From the NCBI GenBank assembly GCA_965223345.1, contig CBDCWG010000012.1, positions 864,001 to 928,000 of the forward strand: a DNA stretch of 64,000 nucleotides, given 5' to 3'. The notes beneath the pieces were generated by a model. That model was not told where the DNA came from, made no database searches, and saw only the letters and a list, made by a program, of their open reading frames with translations. Position 1 is the first letter of the stretch. Each line of letters opens with the position of its first letter. Shown one piece after another: positions 46,403-56,240 of the stretch. The DNA is from Nitrospinales bacterium (lineage in GTDB: Bacteria > Nitrospinota > Nitrospinia > Nitrospinales > VA-1). The translations under genes and the position numbers were made by a program.

Positions 46403-47407
46403 TCACTGTTTTCCGGCACAGAGCTTGAGAATCAATGTCTCCAGGATCCCCTGGGGATCTCCGCCTGAGGTTTTCAGCTTGCGGTCCGCTTCCGCAAGAC
46501 AGCGGAAGCTTTCCTGCAGATCCTGCCGGGTGAAATTTCCCGTGTAACGGATCACCTTTTCGACCAGAAAAGGTTTGGCTCCCATTTCTTTGGCGATGCC
46601 CGCGACCGGAACCTTTCTCCCCTGCAACGCTTTCACTTCCCACAGCACCCGGAACTGCCAGGCGATGGTTCCCATCACCTTGATTGGGTCTTCCCCGTGA
46701 TCGAGCTGGTTGTGCAAAAGGCGGATGGCCCTTTCGCCGTTTTTGTCCTTCAACGCTTCGGTGAGGGCGAACGGATTTTCCTGTCTGCGCTCCCCCACCA
46801 CCTGCGACGCCTCTTCTTCCGTCACGGTGCGGTTTTTCCCGGCGAAGGTCAGAACCTTTTCCAGTTCCGATGCGAGGACGCCCGGTTTCGGCCCCGTGCG
46901 GTCGATCAGGATCTTTGCCGCCTCGCCGGACAGCCGGTATCCCTGCGCTTCGGCACGCTTTTTCAACCAGGGCAGCAGGGTCGATTCCTTGGGGACGCCG
47001 CACTCGACGGCGAACGCCTCCTTGCACAGCGCTTTGAATAACTTTTTTTTGCGGTCCACTTTCGCGGCCGTCAGGACCAGGCAGCTCTCAGGGGCGGGGT
47101 CCTGCGTGTACGCGAGCAGCGCGTCCACCTCTTTGGGAGCGACCGTGATCTCGTGCAGGCCGCGCACCAGCACCAGTTTGGTGCCTCCCAGGAAGGAGAA
47201 GGTTTTCGCGGCGGCGATCCAGTCCTGCACGCCGGTGGTCTTGGCGTCCAGGGATTCGTAGTTGAACTCCTGATTGTCGGGGGTGATGAGTTTGCCGGTG
47301 AGCGCGCGGATGATTTCCGTGTGGTAAAACGTTTCCTCTCCAAACAGGAAGTAACAGGGACGCAGCGTGTCCTGTTCGATGTTCTGTAATACGGCTTGCG
47401 GGGTCAA
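46403..47407 (-). CDS. holA: DNA polymerase III delta subunit
   Basis: YFLFGEE, FNYE, SFLGG.KLV, ELEKV, DRKLKTS; in leuS-lptE-holA order; TTG start inferred. Confidence 0.9.
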   Translation of the reverse strand: MTPQAVLQNIEQDTLRPCYFLFGEETFYHTEIIRALTGKLITPDNQEFNYESLDAKTTGVQDWIAAAKTFSFLGGTKLVLVRGLHEITVAPKEVDALLAYTQDPAPESCLVLTAAKVDRKKKLFKALCKEAFAVECGVPKESTLLPWLKKRAEAQGYRLSGEAAKILIDRTGPKPGVLASELEKVLTFAGKNRTVTEEEASQVVGERRQENPFALTEALKDKNGERAIRLLHNQLDHGEDPIKVMGTIAWQFRVLWEVKALQGRKVPVAGIAKEMGAKPFLVEKVIRYTGNFTRQDLQESFRCLAEADRKLKTSGGDPQGILETLILKLCAGKQ

Positions 47408-47421
47408 GGAAAACGGGAGCG

Positions 47422-47946
47422 CTAGAATTGATCGATCACAATGCTCACCAGGCGGTTGGCGAGGTCTTTGTAGGCGTCGTCGAGAGCGGTCTGGCGGGCG
47501 GCCTCGGAGTTGATGACATCCGCGTTGGAGCGGAAATCCCATTTGGTGGTGAATCGCTGTTTTAAAAATGATTTCTTTTTCACCTGATCCTTCACCTTGA
47601 TGTCCACGCCCAGCTCGACGTAGTATTCCGACGCCACGTCGCTGGTGTTGAAGGACACCGCACGCAGATTGTAATGGTTGAGAATGCCGCGCATCACGAG
47701 ATCGGCCTTCGAGGCGTCCACCACCTTCAGGCGGCCGTCGGTGATGAAGGATTCGCGGATCACGTTGGTCAGGTCCCTGTGGATCTCCGGTTCGGTGGAG
47801 GTGTTCTTGAACACCGGAATGGCCACGGTCTTCAAATGCGGCGGCAGGGTGTTTTGCGTTCCCGCAAGGTGGTAGCCGCATCCCGCAAGGAAAAACAACA
47901 CGGCCATACCCCAGCCGAGAGCGGCCGCACGATTCCGGAAATTCAT
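47422..47946 (-). CDS. lptE: LPS assembly lipoprotein LptE
   Basis: Lipobox LAGCGYHL; between leuS and holA. Confidence 0.88.
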   Translation of the reverse strand: MNFRNRAAALGWGMAVLFFLAGCGYHLAGTQNTLPPHLKTVAIPVFKNTSTEPEIHRDLTNVIRESFITDGRLKVVDASKADLVMRGILNHYNLRAVSFNTSDVASEYYVELGVDIKVKDQVKKKSFLKQRFTTKWDFRSNADVINSEAARQTALDDAYKDLANRLVSIVIDQF

Positions 47947-50444
47947 TTCGCCACGATGTTGATGAGTTTTTTGGGCACCACGATCACCTTTTTGATCTCT
48001 TTGCCCCGCGTCATCTCCTGAATTTTGGCATCCTCAAGCGCGCGGGATTTGAGGCTCTCCTCGGCGATGTCAGCGCTGACAGTGATCTTTTGTCGTACCT
48101 TACCATTGACCTGCACCACAATCAACATCTCCTCCGCCTGGATGTACGCCTCATCATAGCTGGGCCAGGGCACTTCGCCGACGCTCCCCTTGTTTCCCAG
48201 CAGCGACCACATTTCCTCGGCGATGTGCGGCGCGAACGGGTTCAATACACACACCAGGGTTTCGAAGGTTTGCTTGACGATAGCGAGGGCGGCGTCTCCC
48301 GATTGTTTCTGCGCCGCCCAGCTTTCCCTAAACGCATACAGATGGTTGACCAACTCCATCGAGGCGGCGATGGCGGTGTTGAACTGCATGCGGTTCTGGA
48401 TGTCGTCGGTCACGCGCTTGAGTGTGACGTGGGTCATGCGCCGCAGTTCTTTGAGTTCTTTGCTCAGATCCGCATCCGCTGCGGGCGGCGCGGCGGGCTT
48501 TTGCAGGTCTTCACGGAATTCGGCGAAAATCCGCCACACCCGTTTGAGAAAGCGCGAGCAGCCCTCCACGCCCTGGTCGCTCCATTCGAGGTCCTTGACC
48601 GGCGGCGCCGCAAACAGGATGAACAGCCGGGCCGTGTCGGCGCCGTATTTTGCGATGATCGCGTCCGGGTCCACGACGTTGCCCTTGGACTTGGACATCT
48701 TCGCACCGTCTTTGATCACCATGCCCTGGGTGAGGAGGCGCGAAAAGGGTTCCGGTGAACGCACGAGCCCCAGGTCCCGGAACACGAGGTGAAAAAAACG
48801 CGAGTACAACAGATGCAGGATGGCGTGCTCGATGCCGCCCACGTACTGGTCCACCGGCATCCAGTAATCGACGTCTTCTTTCGCGAACACTTCCGCATCG
48901 TTGCGCGGGGAAGCGTAGCGGTCGAAATACCAGGACGAGCAGATGAACGTGTCCAGCGTGTCGGTTTCCCGTTTGGCGGGCTCGCCGCATTGCGGGCAGG
49001 GGACGTCGGTGAAATCCGCAAGCCGGGAAAGCGGGGACTGCCCCCGCTCTCCCAGTTGAGCGTTCAAGGGCAGCTCGACCGGAAGCTGGTCTTCGGGCAC
49101 CGGCACGATGCCGCAGCGCCCGCAGTGGATGATGGGAATGGGGGTCCCCCAGTAACGCTGGCGGGACACGCCCCAGTCGCGCAGTTTGTAATTGATCGTG
49201 GCCTTGCCCAGCTTCTCGGACTCCAGGTACGCGCAGACTTTGTCGATGCCTTCCTGCCCCACCGATCCGTCGAAGGAACCGGAATGCACCATCGTCCCCT
49301 CGCGCGTGTAGGCTTCGGTCATCGTGTTCGCGTCGAGGGTTTCGCTGGGCGGCTGGATCACCACTTTCACGGGCAGGCCGTACTTGCGCGCGAAATCGAG
49401 GTCGCGCTGGTCGTGGGCGGGAACCGACATGATGGCGCCGGTGCCGTATTCCATGAGCACGAAATTGGCCGACCAGACCGGGATTTTTTCTTTCGTGAGT
49501 GGATTGATCGCGTGCGCGCCGGTGAAGATGCCCTGCTTTTCTCCGGTTTCGCTGGTGCGGGAAAACTTGTCTTCGCGTGCGGCCTGCTCGATGAACGCAT
49601 CGACGGCGCTTTCCTGGTCCGTGCCGCGCGAAAGCGTTCTGGTGAGCGGGTGCTCGGGCGAGAGCACCATGAACGTCGCGCCGAACAGCGTGTCCGGCCG
49701 CGTGGTGAAGATCTTGATCACCGCATCGGAATCCACGACGGGGAAATCCACCTCGGCGCCGCGGCTTTTGCCGATCCAGTTCGTCTGCATCGCCAGCACC
49801 TGTTCCGGCCAGCCACCGGTCAAATGCTCCACCCCTTGTAAAAGGCGGTCGGCGTAATCGGTGATTTTGAAGAACCAGCCCTGCTGCTGTTTTTGCTGCA
49901 CCTGTCCGTCGCAGCGCCAGCAGCGATCGTCCACGACCTGTTCGTTGGCGAGCACGGTCTGGCAGGACTCGCACCAGTTCACCGTCGCCAGCTTGCGGTA
50001 CACCAGGCCCTTTTCCATGAACTTCAGGAAGCACCACTGGTTCCACTTGTAATATTCCGGACGGCAGGTGGCGATCTCCCGGTCCCAGTCGTAGCTGAAG
50101 CCCAGCTTCTTGATCTGCGCGCGCATGGAGCGGATGTTTTCAAAGGTCCATTCGGCGGGATGCGTGTTGTTCTGGATCGCGGCGTTTTCCGCCGGCATCC
50201 CGAAAGCGTCCCAGCCCAGAGGGTGCAACACGTTGAACCCCTGCATGCGTTTGAAACGGGCGACGGCGTCGCCGATGGCGTAATTGCGCACATGCCCCAT
50301 GTGGATGCGGCCCGAGGGGTAGGGGAACATCTCCAGCAGGTAATATTTTTTTTGGGACGGGTCCCGCTCGACCTTGAAAGATTTTTCCTCTTCCCACCGC
50401 TTCTGCCATTTCGCTTCGATATGCTTGAAATCGTAGTGCTGCAT
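47943..50444 (-). CDS. leuS: Leucine--tRNA ligase
   Basis: MFPYPSG, HMGH, KMSKS, VQVNGK. Confidence 0.98.
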   Translation of the reverse strand: MQHYDFKHIEAKWQKRWEEEKSFKVERDPSQKKYYLLEMFPYPSGRIHMGHVRNYAIGDAVARFKRMQGFNVLHPLGWDAFGMPAENAAIQNNTHPAEWTFENIRSMRAQIKKLGFSYDWDREIATCRPEYYKWNQWCFLKFMEKGLVYRKLATVNWCESCQTVLANEQVVDDRCWRCDGQVQQKQQQGWFFKITDYADRLLQGVEHLTGGWPEQVLAMQTNWIGKSRGAEVDFPVVDSDAVIKIFTTRPDTLFGATFMVLSPEHPLTRTLSRGTDQESAVDAFIEQAAREDKFSRTSETGEKQGIFTGAHAINPLTKEKIPVWSANFVLMEYGTGAIMSVPAHDQRDLDFARKYGLPVKVVIQPPSETLDANTMTEAYTREGTMVHSGSFDGSVGQEGIDKVCAYLESEKLGKATINYKLRDWGVSRQRYWGTPIPIIHCGRCGIVPVPEDQLPVELPLNAQLGERGQSPLSRLADFTDVPCPQCGEPAKRETDTLDTFICSSWYFDRYASPRNDAEVFAKEDVDYWMPVDQYVGGIEHAILHLLYSRFFHLVFRDLGLVRSPEPFSRLLTQGMVIKDGAKMSKSKGNVVDPDAIIAKYGADTARLFILFAAPPVKDLEWSDQGVEGCSRFLKRVWRIFAEFREDLQKPAAPPAADADLSKELKELRRMTHVTLKRVTDDIQNRMQFNTAIAASMELVNHLYAFRESWAAQKQSGDAALAIVKQTFETLVCVLNPFAPHIAEEMWSLLGNKGSVGEVPWPSYDEAYIQAEEMLIVVQVNGKVRQKITVSADIAEESLKSRALEDAKIQEMTRGKEIKKVIVVPKKLINIVAK

Positions 50445-50608
50445 CAAAAAAATCGCCTCCCGGAATTTGAAAGAGGCTATAGTAGCTAAATTCCGGGCAC
50501 AAATCCAGCCCGGCCCCCCGCAGGGGGAGAGCGGAACCGCCACAGCGGCGCGCCGCTGCCCGGCGTGTTCACGAAACCGCGCAGATCTCACATCACTTCA
50601 AACTCACC

Positions 50609-52042
50609 ATGACCGAACTCACTGGAGCCATTGCGGCGGTCTTCGTTCTCTACGTGCTGCTGATGCTGGGGATCGGCGTCGCCACCTCCCGGGTCACCCG
50701 CTCGCCGGCGGATTTTTTTCTCGCCGACCGTTCGCTCAAGGCCTGGGTCACGGCGGTGTCCTCCACCGCCAGCTCCGAGAGCGCCTGGGCGGTGCTGGGC
50801 ACGGTGGGCCTCGCCTACAAAGACGGGCTCTCGGCCATCTGGTTTCTGCCGGGCTGTCTCATGGGGTATGCGATCAACTGGCTGCTGATCGCCGAGCCGC
50901 TGCGCAGGCACTCGCACGAAACCCACGCACTCACCGTGCCCGATTATCTGGAATCGCATTTCAACGACAAGACCCACGTGTTGCGCCTGGTTTCCGTCGT
51001 CATCATTTTCGCCAGCATGATGGCCTACGTGGCGGCGCAGTTCACGGCCATCGGCAAAACCTTCGACGCCATTTTCGGCGTGCCGCACGTGTGGAGCATT
51101 TCGATCGGCGGTGCGATCGTCATCGTCTACACGATGATGGGCGGGTTCCGCGCGGTGGCGTGGACCGATTTCGTTCAGGGGCTCATCATGGTGTTCGGCA
51201 TCGTCCTGCTGGCGCTGGTGGCGGTGGCCGAGCTCGGCGGACTGGACGGCATGAGCGAGCAGGTCACGGCAAAAAGCCCCGACACGCTGGCCTGGATGGG
51301 TGGCAAAACCACGGCGGTGTTTTTCGGATCGCTGGTGGGGCTGTTGGGGATCGGCCTCGGCTATCCCGGCCAGCCGCACGTGCTCACGCGTTATATGGCG
51401 GCGAAGGACACGAGAGTCATCAAACAAGGCATCTGGATCGCCATGGGCTGGGGATTGCTGATCTACAGCTCGGCGATCCTGCTGGGCATCGCCGGCACCG
51501 CGCTGTTTCCGGGATTGGAAGATCCGGAGCACCTGTTCCCGCGCGCGGCGGAATCGCTGCTGCCCACCGTGGTCTCGGCGGTGGTGCTGACCGGTGTGCT
51601 GGCTGCGATCATGTCCACGGTTTCGGCGCAGATCATCGTCGCCGCATCCGCGGCGGCGCACGACATCTATTCGAAGATGCTGAAAGGCAGCCTGTCGGAC
51701 CGGGCGCTGATCCGCGTTTCCCGCCTGACGGTGCTCGCCCTCGGGGTGGGGGCCATGGTGATCGCGCTGACGGAAACGCGGGTGATCTTCTGGTTCGTGC
51801 TGTTCGCCTGGTCCGGGCTCGGGGCGAGTTTCGGCCCGGTCATTCTGTTCACCCTGTACTGGAAAGGCGTCACCCGCCAGGGCGCGCTGGCGGGCATGCT
51901 CACAGGATTCTGCACCACGATCCTGTGGAAGGTCACGGGTCTTTCCGATGCGGTGATTTACGAGCTGGTGCCGGCGTTTATCCTCGCTTCGCTCGCGGTG
52001 TGGGTGGTCAGCAAGCGCACCTCAGGTTCGCAATCTCTCTAA
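50609..52042 (+). CDS. putP: Sodium/proline symporter (SSS family)
   Basis: ASSESAW, GGFRAVAWTD, GYPGQPH, AAIMST, FAWSGLGASFGP. Confidence 0.85.
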   Translation: MTELTGAIAAVFVLYVLLMLGIGVATSRVTRSPADFFLADRSLKAWVTAVSSTASSESAWAVLGTVGLAYKDGLSAIWFLPGCLMGYAINWLLIAEPLRRHSHETHALTVPDYLESHFNDKTHVLRLVSVVIIFASMMAYVAAQFTAIGKTFDAIFGVPHVWSISIGGAIVIVYTMMGGFRAVAWTDFVQGLIMVFGIVLLALVAVAELGGLDGMSEQVTAKSPDTLAWMGGKTTAVFFGSLVGLLGIGLGYPGQPHVLTRYMAAKDTRVIKQGIWIAMGWGLLIYSSAILLGIAGTALFPGLEDPEHLFPRAAESLLPTVVSAVVLTGVLAAIMSTVSAQIIVAASAAAHDIYSKMLKGSLSDRALIRVSRLTVLALGVGAMVIALTETRVIFWFVLFAWSGLGASFGPVILFTLYWKGVTRQGALAGMLTGFCTTILWKVTGLSDAVIYELVPAFILASLAVWVVSKRTSGSQSL

Positions 52043-53311
52043 AATGACGTCCGCCATGCGGCGTGAAGCGCCCTGATAGTTGCGGATCAGAGCGGGGGCG
52101 CCGACTGCAAGGCGGGAACGGGTTTTTTCATCGTTCAGCAACCGCTGCAACGTGGAACCCATTTCCTTGCCGTCGCGCACGGGAAAGGCGTAGCCCTGTT
52201 GCCGGAGTTCTTCTGCCAGCGGCCCGAGGTTTTCGATGTGCGGGCCGTGCAGCACCGGGATGCCGCAGGAGATCGGTTCCATCAGGCTGTGCCCGCCGCC
52301 CGGCGGCAGGAGGCTCTTTCCCACGAAGGCGATGTCGGCGATCGCGTACACGGACATGAGCTCGCCCATCGTGTCGAGCAGCAACACCTGCTGCACCTCC
52401 GGGTGGTCGGCGTGCAGCTTGGAACGGCGGGCGAACGGGATCTTGAGCCGGGTCAGCAGCGCGGTGATGTCGCCGATGCGTTCCAGCCGTCTGGGCGCGA
52501 GGATCAGCAGCACATCCGGAATCCGGGTTTTGAGGATGCGGAACACCTTCAACACGATTTTTTCTTCGCCTTCGTGGGTGCTTCCCGCCACCCAGACCCG
52601 GCAGCGCTCGGGGATGCGCAGCCGGGTTCTGAGAGTGTTTTTTTCTTCCAGCGAAAAGGTTTTGAGTCCGTCGAACTTGGAATCCCCCATCACCTTCACC
52701 CGCTCGGGTGCGACGCCCAGATCCCGAAGTGCAGCGGCGCCCTCGTTGTTGTGCATGCCGAGAAAGTCGAAGCGGTTGAACACGCCGCTGAAAAACGACC
52801 CAAAAAACTGGTAGCGGCGCAGCGAGCGTTGGGAAATCCTGCCGTTGAAAAGCAGCGCCGGAATGTGTTGCTTTTGTAACTGGTGCAGAAAGCCGGGCCA
52901 GAATCCGGTGTCCATGAGGACGAACAGGTCCGGGCGGATTCGCTTGAGCGCCATCCGGTTGCAGAAATAGCCGTCGAAAGGATGAAAAAAAATCCGGTCC
53001 GCAACGTCGAGTTGTTTTTCGGCTGCCTGGAAACCGGAGTCGGTGGTCACTGACACGGCGATGCGCAGAGCCGGGGCTTTTTCCCTGAGAGCGGTGAGAA
53101 TGGGTCTGGCGGCCCGCACCTCTCCCAGAGACAGGGCGTGCAGCCACACGGTTTTCGCATCGGCGGTTTCCGCTTCAGGCATTTGCGGCACGATGCCGAG
53201 ACGGTGCCAGACGCCTTTTCGTTTTTTCCCGGTTGCGAAAGAATGGATCAGCGTGAAGGGTGCTGCGATCAACACGGCCAGTGTGGACAGGGCGTGATAC
53301 AGGATCATCAT
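52022..53311 (-). CDS. waaA: Kdo transferase paralog 2 (GT30)
   Basis: WLHALSLGE, NGRIS, AGSTHEGEE, DTMGEL, GGHSLMEP. Confidence 0.88.
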   Translation of the reverse strand: MMILYHALSTLAVLIAAPFTLIHSFATGKKRKGVWHRLGIVPQMPEAETADAKTVWLHALSLGEVRAARPILTALREKAPALRIAVSVTTDSGFQAAEKQLDVADRIFFHPFDGYFCNRMALKRIRPDLFVLMDTGFWPGFLHQLQKQHIPALLFNGRISQRSLRRYQFFGSFFSGVFNRFDFLGMHNNEGAAALRDLGVAPERVKVMGDSKFDGLKTFSLEEKNTLRTRLRIPERCRVWVAGSTHEGEEKIVLKVFRILKTRIPDVLLILAPRRLERIGDITALLTRLKIPFARRSKLHADHPEVQQVLLLDTMGELMSVYAIADIAFVGKSLLPPGGGHSLMEPISCGIPVLHGPHIENLGPLAEELRQQGYAFPVRDGKEMGSTLQRLLNDEKTRSRLAVGAPALIRNYQGASRRMADVILERLRT

Positions 53312-54576
53312 GGGCGGGCGTCGGGGCGGCTCAATTTATGAATCCATTCGATGTTTTTCTGCACCGCGCCGCGGTTTTTCGCCACAGTTTCCCGGGCCAT
53401 CTTTCCTCTGCGCGACCGTTCTTGCGGATCGGTCAACAGATCGAGCAGGGTGCGCTCAAGCGCTTCGGGCCGGTCGATCTGAATGCCGCCTCCGGATTCC
53501 TGCAGCAGCTTCGCTTCCTCTGCGAAATTTTGCATGTGTTGCCCGAACACGACGGGCAGGCCAAAGCCTGCGGGTTCCAGGATGTTGTGGCCGCCGAAGC
53601 GGGGATTGAAACCGCCTCCCACAAACGCGACGGTGCCTTTGGCGTAGAAGGATTGCAGCTCCCCGAGTTTGTCCAGCAGCAGCACGACGCCCTGCCTGCC
53701 GTTGGTCGCGCCCTGTGTGTTCGAGTAGCGCTCGTAGTCCACTTTGTAGTCGGCGATCAGTTGTTCGACTTCCTGGCAGCGCTCCATGTGGCGCGGTGCG
53801 ATGACGACGTTGAGCGTCGGCAGGGTCGCGCGCAGCTTGCAGACGGCGTCCAGGATCGGTCCCTCGTCGCCGGGACGGGTGGAACCGCACACCAGCCACG
53901 GCGCGGCATCGGGGGTGTCCTGGGCAGCAGGCGTCTGCGCGCCGCCGGGTGCGTCGAACTTGACGTTGCCGGTCACCGAGATTTTCGCGGCGTCGATCCC
54001 CAGAGAACGCAGCCGTTCCGCGTCGGTTGCCGAGCGCATGGAAAAATGCGTCACCGCCTCGGCGATCCAGAGAAAAAACGGTTTCACCTTTTCGTAGTTG
54101 CTGCGGGATTTTTCCGACATGCGGCCGTTCGCCAGCAGGATAGGCACCTTTTTTTGTTTCAGCTTACGCAGCAGCGAAGGCCACAATTCCGCTTCGATCA
54201 GGACCAGCAGCGAAGGGGCGAGCTTCTTGAGCAAGGGTGTCAGCCAGAAGGGATGATCGAACGGCAGGCGGAACACGGGGACACCGCTTTCCTTTTGCGC
54301 CAGTTCGAATCCGCTGCGGGTGAAGGTGGACAAAACGACCGGCCGTTTCTCGCCTTCTTTTTGCAATGCCTGGATGAGCAGTTTTGCAGCGCGCACTTCG
54401 CCCACGGACGATGCGTGGACCCACAGGCAGCCGGGGGACGGGGGCAGGTCGCGGCCGCCGCGGTACCGGGCGAGGATCTCTTTGCGGAACGCGGAGTCGA
54501 AGGCCATCCTTATGATAATGAAGGGGGATACGGTTAGCAGGACTCCGCCAAGGATGATATGATACGCGAATTGCAT
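53308..54576 (-). CDS. waaA: Kdo transferase paralog 1 (GT30)
   Basis: WVHASSVGE, EAELWP, GNVKFD, APRH.ER, GGHNILEP. Confidence 0.92.
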   Translation of the reverse strand: MQFAYHIILGGVLLTVSPFIIIRMAFDSAFRKEILARYRGGRDLPPSPGCLWVHASSVGEVRAAKLLIQALQKEGEKRPVVLSTFTRSGFELAQKESGVPVFRLPFDHPFWLTPLLKKLAPSLLVLIEAELWPSLLRKLKQKKVPILLANGRMSEKSRSNYEKVKPFFLWIAEAVTHFSMRSATDAERLRSLGIDAAKISVTGNVKFDAPGGAQTPAAQDTPDAAPWLVCGSTRPGDEGPILDAVCKLRATLPTLNVVIAPRHMERCQEVEQLIADYKVDYERYSNTQGATNGRQGVVLLLDKLGELQSFYAKGTVAFVGGGFNPRFGGHNILEPAGFGLPVVFGQHMQNFAEEAKLLQESGGGIQIDRPEALERTLLDLLTDPQERSRRGKMARETVAKNRGAVQKNIEWIHKLSRPDARP

Positions 54577-54618
54577 AGACGGAAGTATAACCCGAATCGA
54601 CCGCTCAGGTTTGTTTTA

Positions 54619-55722
54619 ATGCTGTGGGAAAAACTGTTTTACCGGACGATCGCTGCCGACCGGCCGCTGTATCTTGCGCCGCTGTTTTGTGTTCTGTGGG
54701 TGTGTTCCCTGTGTTACGGCCTGGCGCAGAAGCTGCGCGTTTGGGCGTACCGCCGGGGTTTTCTTTCGGTGCGCGAGTTGCCCTGCCGGGTGATCAGCGT
54801 CGGCAACCTGACTCTGGGAGGCACGGGCAAAACGCCGCTGGTGATCTGGATCGCGCAGACCCTCAAGGCGCAGGGCGGCAACCCCGTCATCCTCAGCCGC
54901 GGGTACGGCGGCAACGCGCAGAAGGGGGTGCATGTGGTGAGCGACGGCGAACGCGTGCTGCTTTCCGCCGGGCAGGCGGGCGACGAACCGGTGATGCTGG
55001 CGGAGCGGCTCAAAACCGTTCCGGTTGTGACCGGCGCGGACCGCCATGCAACCGGCCGGCATGCCATCGACCGTTTGGGCGCCGATACGCTGATCCTCGA
55101 CGACGGTTTCCAGCGCCTGGATCTGGCGCGCGATGCGAACCTGCTTTTGTTCGATGAAAAAAGACCCGTGGGGAACGGCCATCTGTTTCCGGCGGGGATT
55201 CTGCGCGAGCCTATGCAGGCGGTGCAGCGGGCGGATCTGGTGATCCTGACCCGTTGCTCGCAAAACGAATCGTTTCCCGTTCTGGAAGGCGTGCTTCCGG
55301 AAGCGCTTCCCGTTGTGCGCACGGCGCTCAGGCTCTCCGGTTTCGTACGCCTGGGCACCGGCCGGTTGTCGGCGCCGGGTTTTCTCAAGGACAAACCGGT
55401 CGCGGCGTTTTGCGGCATCGCGAATCCAAGAGATTTCAACAACACGTTGACCGACGCCGGCGCGCGCATCGTCTGGTCGCATGCGTATCGCGATCATCAC
55501 GGTTATAGCGGGCGCGATCTGGCTTTCATCGGCGAAGCCGCGAAAAAAGCGGGCGCGGAATGCCTGGTGGTCTCTGAAAAGGACAGTGTGAAACTCAACC
55601 CGGAGGGATGGCCGCTTCCCGTTTACAAGGCGGTGGTGGACGTGGACATCCTGGAAGGCAGGGAAGTGCTGATGCAGAAGATTCTCGGCGCGCGCCGGCA
55701 GGCCGCATCGAACACGCCTTGA
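54619..55722 (+). CDS. lpxK: Tetraacyldisaccharide 4'-kinase
   Basis: SVGNLTLGGTGKTP, SRGYG, GDEP, LDDGFQ, PAGILRE. Confidence 0.95.
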   Translation: MLWEKLFYRTIAADRPLYLAPLFCVLWVCSLCYGLAQKLRVWAYRRGFLSVRELPCRVISVGNLTLGGTGKTPLVIWIAQTLKAQGGNPVILSRGYGGNAQKGVHVVSDGERVLLSAGQAGDEPVMLAERLKTVPVVTGADRHATGRHAIDRLGADTLILDDGFQRLDLARDANLLLFDEKRPVGNGHLFPAGILREPMQAVQRADLVILTRCSQNESFPVLEGVLPEALPVVRTALRLSGFVRLGTGRLSAPGFLKDKPVAAFCGIANPRDFNNTLTDAGARIVWSHAYRDHHGYSGRDLAFIGEAAKKAGAECLVVSEKDSVKLNPEGWPLPVYKAVVDVDILEGREVLMQKILGARRQAASNTP

Positions 55723-55761
55723 ACCGAAATAAAGCCGCAACATTTCCAAAAGTGCAGACGG

Positions 55762-56217
55762 ATGGATTTTAAATCGCTGTCGTCCAATCAGCAGTTCGCG
55801 TTGAACGTGTTCGTGCCGCTGCTTTACCTGCTGCCGCTGGTGGTCGTCTATGTTTCGCCCAAGAATCTCGGGTTCGGTTTCCGCGAAGTGGTGTATCTCG
55901 GCCTGTCCGTGGGGGCGTTGGGCGTCGTTCTCTGGATCCTTTCCATGCTGCATCTGGGCAAATCCCTGGCGGTGCTCCCCGGTGCGGAGGTGCTGGTGAC
56001 GCGCGGCGTGTACCGCTATCTGCGCCACCCGATTTACTGGGGCATCTTTCTGACGCTGTTCGGCCTGTTTCTGGCCTGCGGTTCGGTTTTCGGGCTGGTT
56101 TACCTGGTCGTGATCGTGCTGCCGTTGAACCTGTACCGGGCGCGCGAAGAGGACAAGGCGTTGCTGCAGCGTTTCGGCGCCAGTTACCTGGCTTGGCGCG
56201 ACAAAACCTGGTTCTAA
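55762..56217 (+). CDS. Isoprenylcysteine carboxyl/phospholipid methyltransferase family membrane protein
   Basis: LVTRGVYRYLRHPIY, EED..L..RFG..Y. Confidence 0.85.
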   Translation: MDFKSLSSNQQFALNVFVPLLYLLPLVVVYVSPKNLGFGFREVVYLGLSVGALGVVLWILSMLHLGKSLAVLPGAEVLVTRGVYRYLRHPIYWGIFLTLFGLFLACGSVFGLVYLVVIVLPLNLYRAREEDKALLQRFGASYLAWRDKTWF

Positions 56218-56240
56218 CCCCCCCAAGAATTTTTTTCTGC

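Noticed and set aside
46403..47881. 492-aa ORF suggesting an extended HolA
   Set aside because: Extension overlaps lptE in another frame; HolA similarity starts near 47407
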